Shown: in pieces, positions 25,516 through 38,503 of the stretch
Numbering within the stretch: the stretch's first letter is position 1
Layout: each line of letters starts with the position of its first letter
NCBI RefSeq assembly: GCF_006345805.1
Contig: NC_043002.1
Location: forward strand, 39,742,001-39,806,000
Origin: Octopus sinensis
Taxonomy: Eukaryota
Direction of reading: 5' to 3'
DNA length: 64,000 nt
Program-made: the position numbers and the translations under genes
Notes under the pieces: model-generated
What the model was told of the DNA's origin: nothing
What the model saw: only the letters and a program-made list of their open reading frames with translations
The model's database searches: none

Positions 25516-26079
25516 GAGACACATATATGTATATATAATTTCTAGGACAACATTGTGCAGTCCATAAGTCTTTTTTCTAAAAACAAAGTATGATTTAAGA
25601 AAGATTTGGCTGCTATTTCTACTCAATCGAGTGTTGACATAGAAGCCTGTTCCTTGCTTATTGATTCGTGATAGCACTGTAACGTAGAGTGTTTGCAAAA
25701 TAAGCTTGAGTTTTCTTCCATATAGAATAATCTAACATTCTGCCAATAAAGCATATTATTCTTCACACATAGCTTATTCAGCCTTTAAAATGATATAAGC
25801 ACAAGTGTGGCCCTGTGGTAAGAAGTTTGTTTCCTAACCACATGATTCTGGATTCTGTCCCACTGCATAGCACCTTTACTCTTTTACTTGTTTCAGTCAT
25901 TTGACTGTGGCCATGCTGGAGCACTGCCTGTAATCGAGCAAATTGACTCCAGGACTTATTCTTTGTAAGCCTAGTACTTATTCTATCATTTTCTTTTGCC
26001 GAACGGCTAAGTTACGGGGGCGTAAACACACCATCATCAGTTGTCGAGCGATGTTGGGGGGACAAACACAGACACACAA

Positions 26080-26124
<45 letters not shown>

Positions 26125-26384
26125 CAACGGGCTTCTTTCAGTTTCCGTCTGCCAAATCCACTCACAAGGCTTTGGTCGGCCCAAGGCTATAGTAGAAGAC
26201 ACTTGCCCAAGGTGCCACGCTGTAGGACTGAACCTGGAACCATGTGGTTGGTAAGCAAGCTATTTACCACACAGCAACTCCTGTGCCTTGGGCAAATGTG
26301 TTCTATTATAGATTCGGGTTGACCAAAACTTGGTGATGGATTTGGTAAACAGAAACTGAATGAAGCCTGCCATACAGATATCGG

Positions 26385-26437
<53 letters not shown>

Positions 26438-26740
26438 ATTTGTTTCTCCCCCACAATCGCTTCACAACTGGTGCGTTTACATCCTGTAACTTGGCAGTTT
26501 ACCAAAAGTGACTGATAAAATAATTACTAGGCTAAAAAATGAGTAAGGGGTCAATTTTTCAACTAAAATTTTTCAATGTGGTGCCTCAGCATGACCACAG
26601 TTGAATGAAATAAACATAATACTTTTTAGTTTTGTTAATTCATAACCAGTTAAGTAAAACATAACTAGGCTTAGGCACATGATCGTAAGGTCATGAGTTC
26701 AATTCCTGGGGGTACATTGTGTCCTTGAGCAAGACACTTT

Positions 26741-27823
26741 TGTAGAATGACCGTGTGAAAGGAGAGGTGACAAATGGCTCATTTAACACACTGCATGTTC
26801 GCTTACAATAAAAGCAAAATTGGATAAATGAGTACAAGTGCCAGAATGAAATGAAAGACGACACAACCATAGAATGTTAAGAGAAAGGTTTTATTTAGAT
26901 GTTAGCAGAGTGTGCGTCTGTGTGTGCATCATAAGTACATATATGATAATAATAATAACAATAGACAGGCCGTCATGCATACATAATGTGTATGTGTGTT
27001 AGCAGAGTATGTCTGTGTGTGCGTCATAAGTACATATATAATAAGAACAATAATAGACAAGCCGTCAAACATACTTAATGTGTATGTCTATACAAGCAAG
27101 GGTGTATGCATGTAAGACAAAATACAGAGCATAGAAAGAGTCTATAACAGGACGTTAGAAGTTCAAACACAATGAAGATAAATACCAGTCCATAGTCAAG
27201 TACACAATAGTTGAAGAAGCTGTAACAAGAAGTTGAGATGAAAAAGGCAGAGCCGGTTACTGCACATGTCGTGTAGAGGTTGTGGCTTCTATGCTGTGCT
27301 GGGTTACTTGGTACAGAAGGTTCTCGCAGGTAGTTCTTGCTGTTAACCTTGGTAAAGTATTCACAAACAGCATGAAGATTAAACCAGAGCAAAGTTGCTG
27401 TGTACGTAAAGAGATGTTGTTGGCATCATTAAGGAGAAGGCAACGGAGGTGGAGGTCCTGAATACTGCTGGTGCTGGTGTTGTCGCCGGAACTGGCAGCA
27501 TCGCTGGAACTGCTGTGTGCTCTGTGGTCAGTGGTCTAGAACCAAAGACGCTCGACTCGATGAATCACTGTGTTTTATAGCAAATTATAGGTTCAAATGG
27601 AGCTTTAGAAAAACTGTGTTACAGGACCTTATCAAAAGGCTGTGATTGGTTGGGTTGCACATTGGCGAGTAATACAGCAAGAGACAAACTGTGCCAAAAC
27701 CAACCAATCAGAGTAGTGGACACAACAGGGTCCAAGCAGCCAAAGGTTAGCTGTTATCTGCTACATTCGTATTTATGTTATATATAACAGAGAGAGAAAA
27801 AATTTCACTAAGCGTATGCTACA
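26741..27823 (-). mobile_element. Solo LTR (Gypsy-like) inserted into a SINE
   Basis: TGTAG...CTACA termini and 4-bp TSD CTTT (26737-40, 27824-27). It splits SINE sequence GAGCAAGACACTTT|ATTTCATG. CCAAT motifs, TATAAAA (~27575) and AATAAA (~26890) give minus-strand polarity. Confidence 0.85.
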
Positions 27824-28820
27824 CTTTATTTCATGTTGCTCCAGTCCACTCAGCTGGTAAAAATAGGTAATAGCTGAATTTCAAAGGGCCAGCCTTGTCA
27901 CATTCTTTGTCATTAGAGTCTCCCTGAAAACTACATTAAGAATGCATGTGTCTGTGAAGTACTCAGCCACTTGCACATTAATTCCATGAGCAGTTTGTTA
28001 TGTCGATCAAATCAACTGGAACACTCAGAGTGCCAGTTTTAAGTAAAACATACCTAGACTTGGGCAGTTTCATAGGACATCATTATAATTATGCAAATGT
28101 TTGTTTCCAGTTTATATAAAATTTGAATTTGTATTTATCTTGTAACACCTAAATTATTACTATGCTGAACAAAAAACATATTTTGTTCTGTTTATTTAAT
28201 ATCTTAAGCCCAACATGTACCACCAGTGGTTCATTGAAAACTTCACACAACTGCCATATGCACCACTGGTGGTACGTTTTCATAATTTGAGAAAATATTT
28301 TATTCTGTATCTTTAGCATAGTTTCGAGGATATTTAAATAACATGAGCTCTAAATATTAAAGTTTAAGATGTAGTGGTTAATGAGTTAAGATCAGTAAGT
28401 ATCTTCAACATAAAAAAAAAATTTTCTTTGAATAATATATATTTATAATGGTATCAACCAGAGCATCCGATGCTATTGTACACTACTGGTCACAATGCAC
28501 TTACAATTCTGTTGAGGCACATGGTTCAGTAGTTAGGGTGTAGGACTCATGATTGGAAGATTGTGGTTTCGATTCCTGGATTGGGCGATGCGTTGTGTTC
28601 TTGAGTAAAACACTTCATTTCAAGTTGTTCCAGTTCATTCAGTTGGCAAAAATGAGTAATCCAGTGATGAACCAGCATCCCATCCAGGTGGGGAATATAT
28701 ATGCCATCAAACAAGGAAACTAGCCCTCATGAGTCTGCATGGCTCAAGAAAGAAATGTTACCTTTACTTCCAATTCTGTCTAGATTGTGCTATTGTTTTC
28801 CATCTTCACCCAACTCATGG

Positions 28821-28918
<98 letters not shown>

Positions 28919-28982
28919 ACATGTATATGTATATGTATCATTCAACCATGGTAGTGGTTGAATATATTCTTAAGTCCACCAA

Positions 28983-30291
28983 GTAAGTACAAGTTCTTTG
29001 ACAAGCCTCATCAGAAGTGTGGATGGTGACATGGTCAAGGAATGGTGTAATAAACAGAGCCATAAAAGCTCAAAGACAGACATAGAATGAGTGAGAAACA
29101 AATGAGGAAGAGTAAGGAACAGTATCAAGAAGCTAGAAGTAGTATATTCAGCAAAAAGAGAAGTAGAAAGTAAGAGGCTTGTTAATGTTCTGTGACATGA
29201 AGATCAGATACACAAGGCATTCCAGATTTCAGAAACAGTATGTTGATATGAATCAGAGTGTTATTGATAAAAAGCATTTATACTTGGACAGTGGTGTGAT
29301 CGGTGTGATCACTGTCATCAACACCAAGAAGAAGGCATGGAAATTCTTCCACAAGAGTTTACTGAATAAAAATTCATGGATGAGAGGAGAACTACCCCAA
29401 GAACAGCCAGTAATAGTGCAACTTATACGGTCAAAATGGCCATAAAAATATAAAATATGGGGAAGCAGCCTTAATGTCAGAGAAAGTTGTTAACAGGCAG
29501 GAAGTACTCAAGGAAATAAGACATGTTAACATCTTATATAGACAATCATGTAGTCCAAAAAGGAGTAATTCCCCATGATTGCCATAGCAGTGTCATTATC
29601 AACTGCTATAAGGATGGATGAGATGCTCTAGAAAGAAGTAGATAGAGAAAATGAAACTGATGGATAACACTATGTAAGTAATAAAGAATTATGGTACAAC
29701 TAATTAAAAAAAACCGAATAAGTTGAAATGAGATGCAGTTTGTGTTTGTGTCAGAATCAGGTAGTACTAACATCCTCTTCCTATGATACAACAACAACAA
29801 GATCTCTTAGCAAAGAGGAGGCCATTATTTCTAGTATTCATTGATTTAGGTAAAAACTTTGACTGAGTTTCATAATCTGTTATTTGGTGATTGTTAAAAA
29901 ACAAAAACAAAACAAAAATAAATCCCGAAGGCAAATGGGTTAAGAGAGCAATGCAAGTTTCATACAGAGATGCTGCCAGCAAGTCATGTGCAGAGGTACT
30001 ACCAGCAGATCTTGTATAGAGGTGCTGTTAGCAAGTCACATACAGTTGTGCTGTTAGCAAGTCACGCACAGATGTGCTGTTAGCAAATCATATACAGAGG
30101 TGGTGCCAGTGAGGCTAAAGTCAGCAATGAGTTTAACAAGAAATTTAGTAAGCTAATATGACTCCATCAGGGCTTGGCTTTCAGGCCTGTTTACTTCATT
30201 ATAGAGTTCCAGACTATAACGGAGGAGTTTAAAACTAGCTGTTTGTGGTAACTTCTATATTCTAATGACCTAGTTCTGAAAGCTGAATCTG
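28983..30291. repeat. Inverted copy of 17885-19179
   Basis: Reverse-complement match; preceded by a 45-bp segment (28937-28981) repeated directly at 30673-30717. Confidence 0.95.
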
Positions 30292-30368
30292 TTGAAAAAT
30301 CAGAGTAGAAATTCCAAACACAAGCAAAAGCTGAAATTGAGAGGTTTTAAATTATATTAGGCAATGAT

Positions 30369-31243
30369 ATGAGTTTTGTTAGCAAGAAAGATGACAAGAC
30401 TACTGTCACCTGGGAAGTGATTATGCTTGATCTACAGAAAAAAAAGAAATAAGAATTCCATACAGAGTGCTTGAGGGAGACCAAAAATTGCAATGAGATG
30501 ACATGTAAGCTTATTGAGAAAGGCTTTGTATATAACATATTCACAGATAGAGTTAGTAGTAAGAGCACACATACAATAAATATAATGAATTCTCTTAATG
30601 ATTGCGGATTCCTAGTAGTAGTTTCTGTTACTTTTCCAATCTAATAGCTCCAGAGACAGATGCTATAAAAGCATCATTCAACCATGGTAGCGGTTGAATA
30701 TATTTTTAAGTCCACCATTTCATCAATCACAGCAGCTTTCAAGCCTCACCACTAATTCAGTTCTCAACTAAATTGCAAACTGTTAATAGTTTTAAAGAGG
30801 ACCACATCTTCAGCTACACTTTGACATAAATAGTTTGAGATTTGGTTCAGTAGAAAAAAGTTACATCAAAATATCTGTGACCTCAAGTGGGAGTAAGGCA
30901 GATATTCATGTTCAATTGACAAAAATTTTTTAATTTTAAATTAAAAATATAATACTTTTCTTAGGCTTATATGATAGAAAAATGTATGAGGAATTCAGGA
31001 TCACTAGTCGCATTGAACAAAAATTAGTGGAAATGTTATGAAATTTCATCTTAGTAAGTAAGGAAGAAGGGGAGTAATGCTTCGGCAATAAGAATGAAGA
31101 ATATATTTCTAAAACAAATGTTTACTTTCTAAGGTGGTGAGCTGGCAGAAACGTTAGTGTGCCAGGCAAGATGCCTAGCAGTATCTCATCTGTCTTTATG
31201 TTTTAAGTCCCACAACGATGTACAAAGAAGTATATGTACTGTA

Positions 31244-31278
<35 letters not shown>

Positions 31279-31481
31279 CACTTCTATTTTGATTATTATA
31301 AATTTTCCACTCAGGAGGGAGCTGTTTTCCAACAAAGATACAAGGCTCCACCTTTGGTATGTAGTTAACACAGACAAATTCACATTTGGAACTTGAAAAA
31401 AGTCTTGTATATTTTCACTGTTCTAGGCTTAGTCTGGTTATTCTAGAGATGGTCATAGAAAAGCTAACTCCCCTATCAGTA

Positions 31482-31538
<57 letters not shown>

Positions 31539-32181
31539 GGCACTCTTCTTACAGCATTAAGAGTTTTTTAACTCTTATTTCTAGCAATGTGGGTGTTTCA
31601 GCACCCTTGGTCACACTTAGTGATGATTAAACTTTTCCTTTATTGTTTTACATTGCACCTAGCTGTTTATATTAATTTTCAGTATGTGCATTAGCATTTC
31701 GCTAGATCAGCCAAAGATTTTCATGGTAAAAATATATATACTGGCAGATGGCATTAGCCAAACCATCAACTGTTTGAGCAGTCACTACTGATGATGACTA
31801 TGGAATAGATGAAACTAGGTCTAGTCTGGTGCTTCCAGAGATGGTCAATGGGTGGTCAACTCACCTGCTAGTGTGTGTGTGTATATATATATATTATCAT
31901 CATCATCATTTAGTGTCCGCTTTCCATGCTAGCATGGGTTGGACGGTTCAACTGGGGTCTGTGAAGCCAGAAGGCTGCATCAGGCTCAGTCTGATCTGGC
32001 AGTGTTTCTATGGCTGGATGCCCTTCCTAACGCCAACCACTCCGTGAGTGTAGTGGGTGCTTTTTACGTGCCACTCGCACAGGTGCCAGACGGAGCTGGC
32101 AAACGGCCACGGACGGATGGTGCTTTTTACGTGCCATTTTTTATATATATATATATATTATATATATATATTTTATATATA

Positions 32182-32212
<31 letters not shown>

Positions 32213-33579
32213 GATATATAAATATTGTGCTCTTCTTAAGACATTAAAAGTGTTTAACTCCTTTTTCTAGCAATGTAGGTGCTTCAGCACCCTTGGTCAC
32301 ACCTAGTGACAAATTTTTCCTTTATGGTATTATATTGCACCTAACTGTTCATATTATTGATTAGTACATACATACATACATCTATGTATATGTATAAACA
32401 TGTATTATGACAGGCGTCCTTCATTTTCTGTGTATGAAATCCACTCATGAAGGTTTGCCACACAGTAGAATTGAACCTATTTTTCTTTCTCTTTTTTTGT
32501 CCTTTTTCTTAATAAGCTCTTTTTAATGTGTCATTGAATTTTGTAAGTTGTATTGACTTTACCTAATTCCAAATACAATTCAAGAATAACAAATTTAACA
32601 AGTAATGATCTTAAAATAACTATTTATAGCAACATTCATATAAAGTACAAGATCTCTGTTTTTGTGGGGTCCCTTCTGCTTTCAAATTAGAAAAGGGACT
32701 AAATTGGGAATATTTCAAAAGAATTCCAAAATGGGGCTTGACTGACAAACCTTTCACAATGAAACAAACCAAATCTTGCTCAAGATTTGGTTAATCACCA
32801 CTCAGGTCTTTAGAAAATATTTTCATGGAAATTTTATTTTATCAAATTTGGATGAGTAAGAGTGAAGTATTCATATCTAAAATAAAACCGTCCATTTATA
32901 TTTAGCATAATTTCTTTTCTTTTTGATGTATGAGTAATTTAGCTTTTGTCTACATTGGTGATTGGGTTATTATCCAAAGGTTTTAAGTCTGGCACATATT
33001 GTGTTATTGTTTTTCAACTAGATACATAACATTGTCTGCCTCAGTTTGTCTAGCTGAAAGATCAGCATGATCCTATTTTATGTTTGAATTAGTCTATGGT
33101 GAGAGAAGTTATCTATCCAGCTGTAAAAAATCCAGTTGGATGAAAGGCAAAGTTGACTTCAGTAACATCTGACCTCTAAGCATAAATATCTATGACTAAA
33201 TATGACAAGCATTTCATCAGGCACTTATGATTTGATAGAAGCAATAGATATGAAGCTGTAGAGCTGAAGTACATAATTTACAGGATCTGCTTTGGTGACT
33301 CACATTTTGTAGTTCAAATTATACAAAGATTAGCTCTGCTTTTTATTATTCTCAGCAGATCAATAAAATAAGTTGTTGTACTATAATGGAATCAATAGAT
33401 CAATAACCTTCACCAATTATAAAAAGTGTTGTGAGTCTTTGGCTTTACCTTCTTACCTGGAAAATATTAATAGTGAAGATAAAAAGTTAACACTGTCTTT
33501 TCTCCAACATCTTAAGTGTACAAATTATAAACTGTTTACACTCAAGATCAGAGCAAATTTGCAGAGTAAACAGTTTTAA
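30369..33579 (+). pseudogene. PGGT1B: Decayed PGGT1B-like gene, copy 2
   Basis: Colinear remnants: 30369 SKKDD..W..LQ ~ NKDD..W..LQ; 30716-30860 SFQASPLIQF..DHIFSYT..DLVQ ~ GFRGSSYLGIPF..GHIAMTYT..DLSR; 30998-31046 GSLVALNKN(+1 nt)SGNVMKF ~ GSFCAVPEGSENDMRF, followed by GTAAGT; 31778-31861 DDYGI..EMVNGWST ~ YDNGL..ESHGGST; 32630-32791 FCGVPS..KRIPKWGL ~ FCGIAS..NRIKRWCI; 33373-33579 FTNYKK ~ YTNFEK. Multiple stops. By-eye alignment only. Confidence 0.5.
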
Positions 33580-33935
33580 TGTAGATAACTAGGCTTCAAT
33601 AATGTTAATCTGTATTGATATAAAGGATTAATATATTTCAGGTAAAACAAGTGCTTGCAAATACACCTACACACATACAGAGCCAATAACTCTTTAATAT
33701 CTGAATGAGTCAAGAATTAATAGAACCTGCTTTACAATGATCGTATAGTAAAATCACAATGCAGAAATTGCTGGTGTACACCCAGATCTGAAACCCAGTT
33801 TTTAAATTTAGATAAAGACAGTGGCTGATTAGGGAAAGTAATAAACTATTGTTTCCATATTATATTGAGTTTCATTTTCTTTGTATTTGTGTATAACAAG
33901 AGGTAAAACTGAACATATGATTAAATTCATATGAG

Positions 33936-34432
33936 CAGTGTTTCTCAACCTTTTTACCCTTGCGTAACCCTTAAAATAAATTACATGTCTCAAGGAATCC
34001 CTGCACAAAAAAAGTTATATACCAAATCTTTCTCATTTTTTTCATCATAGTTCATGTGGTAAATATCACATATATATATGGTTATTATATTTTTTGATAA
34101 CATAATATAAGGTTGTCCCAAAAGTTCGTAGAAAGTCTTGGAAAATAATGGTCTTTATTTTGAGGAATAATTTTTGTTGTTTTTGTTAGTACTTGGTGAG
34201 TAAAAATTCAATTTTCGCAAGTGTTTACAAACTTTTGGGACAACCTAATAGGTTAGATAGGATGATGTCTATATTAAAATATTACAATAACCAATAATAT
34301 GTTGTGCATGTATAGTAATATTACTATCATGAAATTAGCTTTAGCTTATCTCACTCTTTCTTGTGGAACTGGTAGAAACTTATTGCGAAACCTTAGGGTT
34401 CCAGGGAACCCAAGTTGAGGAGAGGACTGCTG
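33936..34432. mobile_element. hAT-type MITE with nested mariner MITE
   Basis: CAGTGTTTCTCAAC left end; perfect 8-bp TSD CATATGAG (33928-35, 34433-40). Confidence 0.75.
34106..34250. mobile_element. Small Tc1/mariner (Made1-like) MITE
   Basis: 25-bp TIRs TATAAGGTTGTCCCAAAAGTTCGTA / TACAAACTTTTGGGACAACCTAATA (2 mismatches). Confidence 0.8.
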
Positions 34433-35904
34433 CATATGAGCAACCAGTTTTATTTAACAAGTACAGAGATATGTGTTGTCTTTATAAATGTTGTTGCTGT
34501 TGTTTAACCCTCATCCTCTCAGACTGTCAGTACACGGCAGACCTGATATTCCAGCCATGAACATCCAGTTCATTTTTGTATATCCAAAACAACAAAATGC
34601 AGAATTTTTTTTTATTATTTCTTTGGATACCTATAATTTAAACCCAAATGTAATAAATATATTTTAAGCAATTAATTACAAGAAATATAAAAAAGGGATT
34701 TTTAAAAATTCATAATTATTTAAAAAGCTAGGACTTTATGATTTCCTATTATATGTGCTGCTTCAGAAAGCCACAGGTTCTTCAACCTTATTTTTGACCA
34801 CAGGTCTTCTTGATCAAGACTGATCTGAGACTGGAGAATAACAGCAGTCAAATTACCATCATCATCATTTAATGTCCACTTTTCTGTGCTTGCATGGGTC
34901 AGGTGTAATTTGATGAGATAGATTCTTTATGGCCATATGCCCTTCCTGTTGCCAATTCTCACCTGTTTTCAAACAAGGTAATATTTCTCTTTGTGGCCAG
35001 GCATGCTTTCCCATGGAAGACAGGAAATTAACAACATTACTTTTATAACAGTGACACTCATTTACAACCATCACATGATGTCAAGACAAAGATACACACA
35101 CACACACACACAAACAAATTTATAAATATATTTTATTTCATCAGATGCAATTACACCATTCTGGAGAATTGGCTTAACTAGTGTTCAGCAATCAAATGCC
35201 AGAAAGCACCTTTAGTTCTTCATTCCTAATTGGATTGTAAAATAAATAAATAAATCATTAAATAAATAAAAAAAAAAAACACCCACTGGTTGTGTCTGTC
35301 CTTAGCAATCTCTCAAGTTCATAAAACATCCAATTTGTATACAAATGTCTCCTCCATAATGCAGCCTCTTCTCTTGCGTTTATTAATTTTTTTCTTCTTT
35401 TATAGTTATCTTAGTAAATATATATATTTTCAGCCAAAGTATTAATCAGGAATGGCCATTGTACTCTCGTTGTCTCTAATTATTTCAGACAGCAAACAAT
35501 AGTTTCTTTTAGTGATTCTTTTAATATGCCAGCTATCAAATAATATTATTTAATAAACATTTTTACTGCTAGACATTATTTTGTTTGTTTTGTACTTTTT
35601 TTTAAAAATGTTATTGAATGAGAAATATTATTTTGATTATTGGTAACTATAAAAGACAACTCCAGACATGTTTCAGACTTATTATGGCTTTATCAGTTGA
35701 GCATAGACTTGTTGATCATGCATATCTTTAGGGTTTTAGTCAAACAAATCAACCCCAATGCTTGTTTTCTAAGTTTGGTACTTATTCTATCAATTTCATG
35801 TAGCTATGGCATAAGGGAACTGACAGAAACATGTCATTAATACTGCTCTATAACTTCGAGTGAGCTTCTCTTTTGTATTTATGATTTATTGACAATATGT
35901 GTAA

Positions 35905-35938
<34 letters not shown>

Positions 35939-36074
35939 ATACTTAGACTATGAGGTGTTTAGTTCACCAGCAATCTAAATGAATAGGTATGCTGAGTAAG
36001 TGCTATAATTGGTTATCCATTAGGTTCCAAGTTCACAGCTAAGGCTGGAGCTAGGAATCCATATTAGGCTTCCA

Positions 36075-37060
36075 TGTTAGCAGGTATATTAATAACACTT
36101 ATATGGAGGTGCTTTTCCTATTCACTAAAATGAACGGAGCCTTGGTCAGGAGAAACTGACGTCATCAGGCAGTATCCAATGTTCATCAGGAGTTTTGACC
36201 TAGAACCATAACACCCTCCTATTAGTGACTCAGCAGAGGTGGCCAAGTCACTGTTCCTCATTTCCTCTGGCTTAACTCTTCTCTCTTGCACCAAGGCCAA
36301 CAAGAGCCTTTTTCAGCAACCCCTCCCATCCTGTGCACAGCCACCCTTTACTCCTTACTTCTCATTCCAATTGCTGTAAGCATCCTCCATGCTGAATGAG
36401 CAGGGAATCCCCTACAGCCAACCTTGAAAAAGCCATACCTGCCATTCCTTTTCCCCATAATCCTGCAGAAGGCTCTCATATCTGGCATGAGTTCATGGGC
36501 CTCATCACACCTCTCTTCCCACAGGACTGTGAGTTCAATTACAATCATTTTCAGACCACTGGATCACATCTGGCCTCAGGGTTGTATGGACAACCTGGGG
36601 AAATTGCAATCTCTCCCTGAGTCCACTTTCATATCCGATGGTTGAGATCCATGCAGCAAGCTATGTATTGTTTTTGCTGACTTTACTGATCTCTCTGCCG
36701 CTTTCACGAACTTAATTTCTGCTGTTGCCTTCTCCTGGTGATGATGTTTCTTGCACCTTTCCTGCTTCAGGGTATGAGCAAGTGTTGCAAGCACCCAATC
36801 ATGGTGCCATTTGTACCTGCCTTGAAAAAGTGCTATTCTGCACCCTGCCAAGATGTGTGGCAGAGTGTCCCTTTCTCCACAAAGTCTACACAGCTGGTCT
36901 TCCCTCAAAACCCATCTGTGCAGGTTTGTTGGTGTTGAGAGTGTATCATACACCACCCACAGCAGAAAGGAGATGCAAAAAGATTCCATCTTCCACAGGT
37001 CAGCTCATGTGAGCTTCCTCTTAGTGAGGTCCCAATTTAATCCATGCACCCTGAGATAGG
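36075..37060 (-). mobile_element. Restriction-like endonuclease (RLE) non-LTR retrotransposon 3' fragment, HERO-type
   Basis: FLLWVVYDTLSTPTNLHRW..CRLCG..TLPHILAGC..QGRYKWHHDWVL (CCHC knuckle); IELTVLWEERCDEAHE and VGCRGFPAHSAWRML (RLE domain); frameshifted. Confidence 0.8.
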
Positions 37061-37264
37061 TATGTGCTCTGAGTGTTCAAAGTGATGTGCCACCAAAATT
37101 CCTATTTGAACAGCAGATGAAGTTATGGTTTTGTGATTGTCTTGTTCAAAACAGCTAAAGGTGGCTTTCCTTTGAGTCAGTAGTTATAGGTTAAAATAGC
37201 GAAGAAAGATAAACAATTAAAAATCTTTGTTCAGCCTTGCCTAATTGTTTGCCTTTCCTCACTA

Positions 37265-37309
<45 letters not shown>

Positions 37310-37557
37310 TGTATGTATATATATGCAACAGGCTTCTTTCAATTTCCATCTACCAAATCCACTCACAAAACTTTGGTTGGCCCAGGACAATAGTAGGAGA
37401 CACTTGTCCAAAACATAATGCAGTGAGACTGAACATAAAATCACATGGTTGGGAAGCAAGCTTAACCTCACAGCCACAACTGTACCAATTTGTAACCAAT
37501 AAAAGATAATCAACTGAGATCAGTATTTTGTATCCTGTTAGCATTACATATATATAT

Positions 37558-38330
37558 ATTGATATAACCTTGGGGTCTGTGGATTTTGTCCAGGTAATGG
37601 ACCTAGTAGGCATATTCATTCTGTATAACTTGAATAATGAATTTTCTGAAACTACGGGTAGATTATATAGGAATGATGCACTGTTTCTATTTTAAAACCC
37701 ATCAAATAAGAAATTGGAACTATATAAGAAAAAAATTGCCTAAATTCTTTTAAAATTATGGTCTTTCAATCTTTATTGAAAAAAAAAATAACTCGGTCAA
37801 TTTTGGGGATATTAACTTTAATCTTGCAACTGGTAGATATGAATCATATTATAAGCCTAACATGAATCTAAGATATATTAATAATCTAAGTAATCATCCA
37901 AAATCAATAAAATACACATTAATTAAAAACACAGAAAAGTGACTAACTTATCTCTCATATAATGAAGAGATCTATAAAAATGCTAGTTTCTATAATAATG
38001 CACTTGAAAAAGCATGATATAAGGATAGGATAAAATATTATAGGCCCAATAAATACATACTTAATGAAAATAGTGAAGATAAAATAAGGAGTAACCCAAA
38101 TATATGTAATGACTGGACCGAAACTACAGATAATAATAGAATAAAGAAAGTATAGATAGAAAAATAAAATTTTGATTAGATAAACCCTATGATAAATCTC
38201 CAAAATTTTAAAGATTTGAAGAATAATAAAAAGATTGTAAAAATAAATACTAAAGTTGATGTTAAACTTATGAAACCTGATATTAAAGATGGTAATAATA
38301 AATATGTAAAAAAAATTGGCGAGGTAAGCA
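37558..38330 (+). mobile_element. Decayed Penelope-like reverse transcriptase C-terminal fragment
   Basis: DITLGSVD..DLVGIFIL; RLYRNDAL (~GLYRDDGL); VNFWDINFNL..YKPN..YINNLSNHP; YNEEIYKNASFYNNAL; stops and frameshifts. Confidence 0.75.
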
Positions 38331-38461
38331 GATGATTCCTTTCTGTCAAAGAGTGTAGGCTCAAAACATAAAAGACTTTTCTGTTTTTCCTGAGTGTCAA
38401 ACTAATACACCTATTTGTTGTTCCTACACCTGCCTTCATCTTTTGTTTTTCTGTAAAAATG

Positions 38462-38503
<42 letters not shown>

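Noticed and set aside
28983-30291. Transposon TIR pair with 17885-19179 defining an 11-kb element
   Set aside because: The arms contain a LINE fragment and gene remnants; no TSD and no transposase between them.
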